From an uncultured beta proteobacterium (GTDB lineage Bacteria > Pseudomonadota > Gammaproteobacteria > Burkholderiales > SG8-39), in the NCBI GenBank assembly GCA_963744255.1, contig CAVUSZ010000024.1:22542-46541 (forward strand): a stretch of 24,000 nucleotides of DNA, written 5' to 3'. Below, one piece after another: positions 7,948 through 13,628 of the stretch (positions are counted from its first letter, which is position 1; each line of letters starts with the position of its first letter). Below the pieces are notes generated by a model. The model was not told the DNA's origin. It made no database searches and worked only from the letters and a program-made list of their open reading frames with translations. The translations under genes were made by a program, and so were the position numbers.

Positions 7948-9251
7948 GCCTCGGCGGTCAGGTACTTCAGCCACGCGCGGAACTGGTTGCGCATGGGCAC
8001 CTCGCTGCAGCCGTTCGACGACCGCATCACTTCGCCCTCGATCCTGTCGCGGCCGTAGTCGCGGTGGAAGCTCACCCAGTCGCCGCCCCGGGAGGCGAGT
8101 CCCCACTGGCCCTTCTGCCAGTTCTCGAGGTCGTCGGCGTTCACCATCGTCGCCGGCGAGTTGACGAGGTTGTAGTACGAGAGCGAGCGCCGGTAGATCG
8201 CCTCCGGCGCGCCCTTCAGCCGGAAATGCCAGATCTCCGAGAGCGTGCGATCCGGCGCGATGGGCCGGATCGCGCGCAACTGCTGCAGCGGCGACTGGAT
8301 CGAGAGACAGGGGTAGACGAGGACGTGGTGGATGTTGCGCGAGAGGAATTCCTCCTTCTTCTGCTCGCCGTACGCCTTCGCGAGAAGCTTCTCGTACGCC
8401 ACGGTGTCGGGGTCCTGCGGCCGCAGGCCCATGTAGCCGCCGAGGATCGTATGTCCGTGCGGATAGCCGATCGTCTCGAGCGAGTCCCATTTCTCGAACG
8501 GGATCACGAACGCCGACAGCATGTGGTAGTGCAGCGGTTTCTCGCCGGTACGGCGCTGGATCTGGAACTCGACGTCGGCCGCCGCGCGCCCGGTGGATTC
8601 GTGCGTGACCGAGGGATGGACCGCGTCGAGCTGATTCTCCATGAAGAACTTCCAGTTCGAGCGCTGGACGACGCGATAGCAGTTCATCACCACCTCGACC
8701 TGCCCTTCAGGCGACCGGTCGCAGATGTCGTCGAACGCGACCTTCGCCGGGCCGAGCCACTCGAGGAGCGACGGACCGTCGGCGGCGAGGCTCGCGAACA
8801 CGAAGCCGCGGTACGACTCGACCCGCGGTGCGCGCTTCATGTTGCGGTCGTAGTTCCCGAACGTCGTGTCCTCGTAACCACGAGGCAGCGGCACGGACTC
8901 GTTCGTGCCGTCGTAGCGGAAGCGCCAGGCGTGGTACGAGCAGGTGAGCGCGTCGCCGGCGTTGCCGTGGCGCGCGCCGCAGACCTGCGTGCCGCGGTGC
9001 GGGCAGCGGTTGTAGAGGACGTGGATCGCGCCGCGGTGCCCCCGGACCAGCACCATCGGCTGCCGCCCGATCTGGAACGTCCAGAAGTCGCCCGGTTTCT
9101 TCACCTGCGACGCGTGGCCGGCGTAGATCCAGCACTTGTCGAAGATCCTCTGGATCTCGAGCTCGAACAGGTCCGGGTCGGTATAGCAGAGCCGATGCAC
9201 CCGGTCGGGCTCGACCAGCGCCTTCAAGTTGGGGATGCGCTCCTGCAGCAC
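7944..9251 (-). CDS. Rieske [2Fe-2S] aromatic-ring-hydroxylating oxygenase alpha (large) subunit
   Basis: Rieske motif CPHRGTQVC...CSYHAWRF. Mononuclear-iron motif NWKFFMENQLDAVHPSVTHES. The N-terminal block YTDPDLFELEIQRIF is typical of the salicylate/benzoate/anthranilate hydroxylase group. The chosen start is GTG 9251 with GGAGG 5 nt upstream. The track ORF start at 9401 adds an R/A-rich extension, which was rejected. Confidence 0.9.
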   Translation of the reverse strand: MLQERIPNLKALVEPDRVHRLCYTDPDLFELEIQRIFDKCWIYAGHASQVKKPGDFWTFQIGRQPMVLVRGHRGAIHVLYNRCPHRGTQVCGARHGNAGDALTCSYHAWRFRYDGTNESVPLPRGYEDTTFGNYDRNMKRAPRVESYRGFVFASLAADGPSLLEWLGPAKVAFDDICDRSPEGQVEVVMNCYRVVQRSNWKFFMENQLDAVHPSVTHESTGRAAADVEFQIQRRTGEKPLHYHMLSAFVIPFEKWDSLETIGYPHGHTILGGYMGLRPQDPDTVAYEKLLAKAYGEQKKEEFLSRNIHHVLVYPCLSIQSPLQQLRAIRPIAPDRTLSEIWHFRLKGAPEAIYRRSLSYYNLVNSPATMVNADDLENWQKGQWGLASRGGDWVSFHRDYGRDRIEGEVMRSSNGCSEVPMRNQFRAWLKYLTAEA

Positions 9252-9379
9252 GGCGGCCTCCGAAGGGATTCTCTCGCGGGAACGCGGAACATAGCGCCGG
9301 CCGCGGGCGGCGGCAAGTCGCGCGCAGGTCCCTGCGGCCAAGCGCCGCGCCGTCGCCTCGACGACGCGCCCGGTATGGG

Positions 9380-9408
9380 TTGTCGCATGCATGCGATGCA
9401 AATACTAT
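9380..9408. promoter_or_regulatory. Candidate sigma70-like promoter (TTGTCG-17 nt-TACTAT, plus strand) with an embedded perfect 14-bp palindrome TCGCATGCATGCGA (9383-9396)
   Basis: The hexamers and spacing were read directly from the sequence. The palindrome is exactly self-complementary and fills the spacer. It lies in the 386-bp divergent region between the Rieske operon (start 9251, minus) and the MFS gene (start 9638, plus). Confidence 0.35.
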
Positions 9409-9637
9409 CGGGGAGTGCGCTTCGAGTACGATCCCAAGAAGGCTGAGGCGAACCTCGAGGCCTTGCGGAACATCTCTCGGAAACGGGGGAGCCAGTCACC
9501 GGGACCGCTGCGCCAAGTCTTGCGACAGGAAATGCCCGGGTATCTGCGCGGGTTGACTGCGCGACCGATCCGGACGACCCGCGAACGGCCGGGTGCTTGA
9601 GCGCGCCGCGCGTCGTGCCGGCGCATCTGGAGCCGAG

Positions 9638-10831
9638 ATGACCCGGCCGTCGCGCATCCTGCCGCTCATCATCTTCTCGCAGTTTGCGGGTACGTCGCTC
9701 TGGTTTGCCGGCAACGCCGTGCTCGCGGACCTGCAGCGGGAGTGGGGCCTCCCGGCCGAGGCGCTCGGCTATACGACGTCGGCGGTGCAGTTCGGCTTCA
9801 TCGCCGGGACGCTCGCGTTCGCGTTTTTCGCGGTGGCCGACCGCATGTCGCCGCGGATCGTGTTCTTCGTCTGCTCGCTTGCAGGCGCGGCGGCCAACCT
9901 CGCGATCGATGCCCTCGCGGAAGGGTTCTGGTCGCTCGCCGCGCTGCGGTTCGCGACCGGGTTCTTCCTGGCCGGCATCTATCCGGTCGGCATGAAGATC
10001 GCGTCCGGCTGGTACCGGAGCGACCTCGGCAACGCGCTCGGTTTCCTCGTCGGTGCGCTGGTGGTCGGCACCGCCTTCCCTCATCTGATCAAGGGGCTCG
10101 GACAGGCCTTTCCCTGGTCGGTGGTCATCGTCGCAACGTCTGTAGTCGCCGCGCTGGGCGGCGTCGCGATGCTCGTCGGCGTGCCGGACGGACCCCACCT
10201 CGCCAAGGGGACGAAGTTCGATCCGCGGGCGCTGGTCGTGATCTTCCGGTCGTCGCGCTTCCGCGCCTCGGCGTTCGGATACTTCGGCCACATGTGGGAG
10301 CTGTATGCGTTCTGGGCGTTCGTGCCGTTCTTCCTCGCCGCTCACTTCGCTGCGCGCGGCGAACCGGGGCTGAACATGTCGCTATGGTCGTTCGCGGCAA
10401 TCGCGGCCGGCTTCCTCGGCTGCGCGGGCGGCGGGCTCGCCAGCCTGCGCGCGGGCAGCGCGCGGGTCGCGTTCGCCCAGCTCGCGGCCTCGGGCGTCTG
10501 CTGTGTCGTCTCGCCGCTCCTGTTTCACGCGCCGACGCCGGCGTTCCTCGCGTTCCTCGTCTTCTGGGGCGTCGTCGTGGTGGGCGACTCGCCGCAGTTC
10601 TCCGCGCTCAACGCGCAGAACGCGCCGCGCGAGCTGGTCGGGTCGGCGCTGACGATCGCGAATTGCATCGGCTTCGCGATCACCATCGGCAGCATCCAGC
10701 TGCTTAACTCGCTCGCGGTTTCGATGAGCGCGTCGCTCCTGTTTCTCGCTCTCACGCCCGGACCGGTGCTCGGCTTGATCGCGCTCGCCCCGCTGCTATC
10801 GGGGTCAAGCGGGCTCAAGCCGGCGGCATGA
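9638..10831 (+). CDS. MFS transporter
   Basis: ATG 9638 (MTRPSRILPLIIFSQFAGTSLWF...) with GGAG upstream. The ~397-aa product is highly hydrophobic, with about 12 predicted helices and an MFS-like loop (ADRMSPRIV). The track ORF start at 9593 is less likely. Confidence 0.85.
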   Translation: MTRPSRILPLIIFSQFAGTSLWFAGNAVLADLQREWGLPAEALGYTTSAVQFGFIAGTLAFAFFAVADRMSPRIVFFVCSLAGAAANLAIDALAEGFWSLAALRFATGFFLAGIYPVGMKIASGWYRSDLGNALGFLVGALVVGTAFPHLIKGLGQAFPWSVVIVATSVVAALGGVAMLVGVPDGPHLAKGTKFDPRALVVIFRSSRFRASAFGYFGHMWELYAFWAFVPFFLAAHFAARGEPGLNMSLWSFAAIAAGFLGCAGGGLASLRAGSARVAFAQLAASGVCCVVSPLLFHAPTPAFLAFLVFWGVVVVGDSPQFSALNAQNAPRELVGSALTIANCIGFAITIGSIQLLNSLAVSMSASLLFLALTPGPVLGLIALAPLLSGSSGLKPAA

Positions 10832-10954
10832 CGCGACGGCGAGCAGCACCACCATCGCGCCGGGCGCCGCGAGTGGACCGAAAGTGAGGAGCAGCGGGAG
10901 CGGCAGGGCGCTGCCCGCCAGGAAGAAGTCGGCGCGATTGGCGTGTCGGTTCAT
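10805..10954 (-). CDS. Hypothetical small (49 aa) membrane protein
   Basis: ATG 10954 is preceded by a strong SD (GGGAGG) with a 6-nt spacer. The product MNRHANRADFFLAGSALPLPLLLTFGPLAAPGAMVVLLAVAS... is dominated by a ~32-residue hydrophobic stretch. It overlaps the convergent MFS 3' end by 27 nt. I recognise no family, so this could be a GC-driven artefact. Confidence 0.25.
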   Translation of the reverse strand: MNRHANRADFFLAGSALPLPLLLTFGPLAAPGAMVVLLAVASCRRLEPA

Positions 10955-11162
10955 GGCCAACCTCCCACGCTCGCCGCCCAGACACTGCACCGTGCCGTCG
11001 TACCTGATGACGGTGGGTGGACCCGGCCGGCTGCGGGCGCGCACGTCGCGATCGTCGAGGATGACACGCAGCTGGTGCGACTGGCTGACGGCCGCGGCCA
11101 CCTGCTTCCAGACCACCCGCGCGATGCGATCTATGCCCGCCCGGCCGAACCCGGATGACCGT

Positions 11163-11663
11163 TCAAGACGGCGGCGGCTGAGGAACGACCTGCTGCCAGC
11201 CGCCCGAACACTCCTTGACGTAGGGATAATAGGCCAGGGCTTGGGGGCAGTAGTACCAGTAAGCGGGAGCTGGCTGCTGCTGCGGCGCTGGCTGCCAGAC
11301 CCCTTGTTCGATGTAGGTAGGAGGGTAGTACGGCGCCGACGGGTAGAAGACCGGGGGAGGATAGAAGAAGGGCGACGTGTAGGCCCAGCCGCCGAAGATC
11401 ACGGGCGCGCCGACGAACACACCGACTCGGCCGTGGCCCTGGTGGAAGTGCTTGCCGCCGTGGCCATGGTGGAAGTGCTTCCCGCCTTGCCCATGGTTAA
11501 AGTGTTGGCCGCCGTGAAAACTGCCGCCGCGATGCCCCCCGCCCTGAACACCGGCGCCATGAGATCCCCCCCCACGGCCGCCGCCGCGAGCAAGCAGGGA
11601 CTCGCTCGCAAGGGTGCCGAGCAGGAAGAGTACCAACGCAAACGTGCCGCCGCGCCGCATCAT
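11163..11663 (-). CDS. Secreted His/Gly-repeat, Pro/Tyr-rich protein of unknown function (candidate periplasmic metal-binding protein)
   Basis: Tandem ATG ATG at 11663/11660. It has a signal-peptide-like N-terminus (MMRRGGTFALVLFLLGTLASESLLA) and then a Gly/His-rich region with three 9-aa repeats GG(K/Q)HF(H/N)(H/Q)G(H/Q). The C-terminus is Pro/Tyr-rich and ends YWYYCPQALAYYPYVKECSGGWQQVVP. That two-Cys motif recurs at the C-terminus of small exported betaproteobacterial proteins. Confidence 0.7.
   Translation of the reverse strand: MMRRGGTFALVLFLLGTLASESLLARGGGRGGGSHGAGVQGGGHRGGSFHGGQHFNHGQGGKHFHHGHGGKHFHQGHGRVGVFVGAPVIFGGWAYTSPFFYPPPVFYPSAPYYPPTYIEQGVWQPAPQQQPAPAYWYYCPQALAYYPYVKECSGGWQQVVPQPPPS
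11433..11513. repeat. Three tandem 27-bp repeats inside the His/Gly-rich gene
   Basis: Units: 11433-11459 gtggccctggtggaagtgcttgccgcc; 11460-11486 gtggccatggtggaagtgcttcccgcc; 11487-11513 ttgcccatggttaaagtgttggccgcc. On the minus strand they encode GGKHFHQGH, GGKHFHHGH and GGQHFNHGQ. Confidence 0.85.
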
Positions 11664-11871
11664 GATTCGCAAGCCGCTGCTGATAACAGGCGACACTTGC
11701 AGAATAGTCCCGATCGTTCGCCGGCGCCACGTTGTTTCAGGCTGTTACAACTCCGGAGCCCGGCGCCGTCGGCGTCGACCCGACTGTGTCGTTATCCCTC
11801 GATCCGGTCGCAGGCGCGATCGGCGAGGGACCGCCGCAAGCGCCGCGCGGAGAGCGCACCGGGCTGCGCCG

Positions 11872-12831
11872 TCACGCTGTCCTCCCGTCGATGGGTGTGA
11901 GCAGGGACTGCCCGGCGAAGTGCGCGCGCAGGTTCCCCCGCACCAGCTCGAACGCTCCCCGGAACGCCTCGTGCGTGAAGCCGGCGACGTGCGGCATCAG
12001 CACGACGTTATCGAGGCGCCGCAAGGCTTCGGGCACCGCGGGTTCGTCCTCGAACACATCGAGCGCGGCGCCTGCGATCGCGCGGCGCTCGAGCGCGTCG
12101 ACGAGCGCCGCGGTGTCGACGATGCTGCCGCGGGCGACGTTGACGAGGTAGCCGGCGGCCCCGAGCGCCGCGAGCACGCGCGCGTTCACGAGGTGCCGCG
12201 TGGCGGGGCCCCCCGGGGTGCACACGACCAGGAAATCGCTTTCGGCCGCGAGCGCCTCGACGCTCTCGACGTAGCGGTAGTCCGTGTCCGCAGCGCGCGT
12301 CGGCTTCGAGTAGGCGATCGTCACGTCGAACCCGGCGCCGCGGCGGGCGATCGCCTGCCCGATGTTGCCGAGGCCGAGGAGGCCGAGTCGCTTGCCGGTG
12401 AGCGTGTGCGTGAGCCCCCGAGCCCCGGTGAAGCGACCGGCGCGGACCTCGCGGTCGCGCCGCGGGATGTCGCGCTGGAGCGCGAGCATCATCCCGAGCG
12501 CAAGATCGGCGACGGAGGCCGCGTTCGCGCCGGGTGCGTTGGTCACGGGGATGCCGCGCTCGACCGCCGCGGCGAGGTCGATGCCCTCGTAGCCGGCGGA
12601 GAAAAGCGTGATGATCTCGAGCCGCGGCAGGGAGGCGATCAGCTCACGGCTCGCGCCCGAGGACGAGTTCGTGACGATCGCGCGGATGTTCGGTGCGACG
12701 GCGCGGATCGCCGCGGCGCGATCCGGGGTGCTGGCGACGGGACGGACCGTGAACTCACGCTCGAGCTCGCCGTGCCATGGCGCGACGAACGGGGTGAGGA
12801 TCAGGAGCTCCGGTTTCGCGTCGGACGCCAT
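11872..12831 (-). CDS. D-isomer-specific 2-hydroxyacid dehydrogenase (glyoxylate/hydroxypyruvate reductase-like)
   Basis: 319-aa ORF. NAD-binding motif LGLLGLGNIGQAIARR. Catalytic-region blocks GYLVNVARGSIVD and DVFEDEP...NVVLMPHVAG (Arg/Glu/His triad context). Confidence 0.9.
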   Translation of the reverse strand: MASDAKPELLILTPFVAPWHGELEREFTVRPVASTPDRAAAIRAVAPNIRAIVTNSSSGASRELIASLPRLEIITLFSAGYEGIDLAAAVERGIPVTNAPGANAASVADLALGMMLALQRDIPRRDREVRAGRFTGARGLTHTLTGKRLGLLGLGNIGQAIARRGAGFDVTIAYSKPTRAADTDYRYVESVEALAAESDFLVVCTPGGPATRHLVNARVLAALGAAGYLVNVARGSIVDTAALVDALERRAIAGAALDVFEDEPAVPEALRRLDNVVLMPHVAGFTHEAFRGAFELVRGNLRAHFAGQSLLTPIDGRTA

Positions 12832-13580
12832 GCGGCAAGCGCGGGCGGTGGTATGTCAGGTGATTCACGGACAGCATAGCATCGTCCGTTTCGAGGGTGG
12901 ACAACCGCCTTGTAAGCGTTTAGCTGGGCCTTGTAAGTCGAGCCTTGGGGGATGAGGCTCCGGCCGGCGGCGAGCTTCTTCGCCTCGTCCAGGACGACGC
13001 GCTGGGCTTCCGTTCGGACCGGGAGTTCCCGATCCCGCCCGCCTTTGGTCCAGGAGTCCTTCAGGCGCAGGGCGTTTCCCTGGTCGGCCCAGCCGGGCCG
13101 GATCTTGATCGACTCCTCCCGCCGGAGCCCAAATGCCTCCTGCAGCCGGAGCGACATGGCGACGTATGGGGAGCGAATCCGCTCGACCTGCCCATGGTCG
13201 AGGTCCTTGCCCTTGTCGCGGTTGGTGACGTACTGGCGCCGCTCGATGCCGTAGGCGTCGTAGTCCTTGCCTTCCTGCGTGAACTCGAATTCGACCTTCT
13301 TGTCGGTGGTCAACCTATCGAATAGCACCTGGTCCTTGACCTTGAAGGTCATCGTCATCGCGGGCCAGTTCATGCTCTTGACGGGCTCGTGCGCGAACGT
13401 GACGGTTCCCGCCTTGGGATCGACCTTCTTTACGACCCCGATTGCCTTGTGCGCCGTTGGTTTGGTGGCTGTTGGCTTGCTAGGCATCTCCATGCCTTTC
13501 ATGTCCTCCATCTTTTGCTGGGCCAGCACGCCGGTGGAGAGCACGGAGCCGAAAACGAGTGCGGCCAGTAGGCTTTTCAT
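12801..13580 (-). CDS. cusF: Chimeric ORF: CusF-like periplasmic Cu(I)/Ag(I)-binding protein (aa 1-107) reading in frame into an integrase fragment and then flank-derived sequence
   Basis: SD GAGGAG lies upstream of ATG 13580, followed by a signal peptide (MKSLLAALVFGSVLSTGVLAQQ). The CusF core is GVVKKVDPKAGTVTFAHEPVKSMNWPAMTMTFKVKD...KKVEFEFTQEGKDY, with the His/Trp/Met-x-Met ligands present. Where CusF homologues end a few residues later, the frame continues for 152 more residues and overlaps the dehydrogenase start by 31 nt. Confidence 0.75.
   Translation of the reverse strand: MKSLLAALVFGSVLSTGVLAQQKMEDMKGMEMPSKPTATKPTAHKAIGVVKKVDPKAGTVTFAHEPVKSMNWPAMTMTFKVKDQVLFDRLTTDKKVEFEFTQEGKDYDAYGIERRQYVTNRDKGKDLDHGQVERIRSPYVAMSLRLQEAFGLRREESIKIRPGWADQGNALRLKDSWTKGGRDRELPVRTEAQRVVLDEAKKLAAGRSLIPQGSTYKAQLNAYKAVVHPRNGRCYAVRESPDIPPPALAAWRPTRNRSS
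12906..13259 (-). mobile_element. Internal fragment (~118 codons) of a tyrosine recombinase / phage-integrase-family gene, lacking both N-terminus and catalytic C-terminus
   Basis: Residues 108-225 of the chimeric ORF read DAYGIERRQYVTNRDKGKDLD...YVAMSLRLQEAFGLRREESIKIRPGWADQGNALRLKDSWTKGGRDRELPV...QRVVLDEAKKLAAGRSLIP..TY. This matches my recollection of an integrase family common on betaproteobacterial plasmids and genomic islands. The downstream HGLRHxYA...Y catalytic blocks are absent. Confidence 0.6.
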
Positions 13581-13628
13581 CTGAGTCTCCTCACGAGAGG
13601 TGTTAAGGGAACGGGAAGGAATCGATCT

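Noticed and set aside
6373-9401. Long N-terminal extensions in the track ORFs 5659-6570, 6377-7813, 7399-8490 and 7944-9401.
   Set aside because: The extensions are R/S/P/A-rich and overlap the preceding gene's coding sequence. They are unnecessary, because conserved N-termini begin at internal ATG/GTG codons placed exactly at stop/start overlaps (ATGA, GTGA) or after a GGAGG. The shorter gene models were adopted.
7893-9446. 517-aa plus-strand ORF opposite the Rieske alpha gene. Similar long antisense ORFs occur at 4105-5184, 9224-10345, 10884-11900, 11614-12879, 18872-20209 and 22102-23457.
   Set aside because: All are mirror-frame ORFs of confidently identified genes. All have R/A/G/P/D-rich composition, no start-site signals and no family resemblance. 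They are GC-bias artefacts.
12908-12937. Direct repeat CCTTGTAAG ... CCTTGTAAG near the left island junction, considered as an att-like or target-duplication signal.
   Set aside because: It is only 9 bp, and both copies lie inside the integrase-fragment reading frame, where they encode a repeated Tyr-Lys-Ala (ACT TAC AAG GC / GCT TAC AAG GC). No matching copy was seen at the right junction (about 21945).
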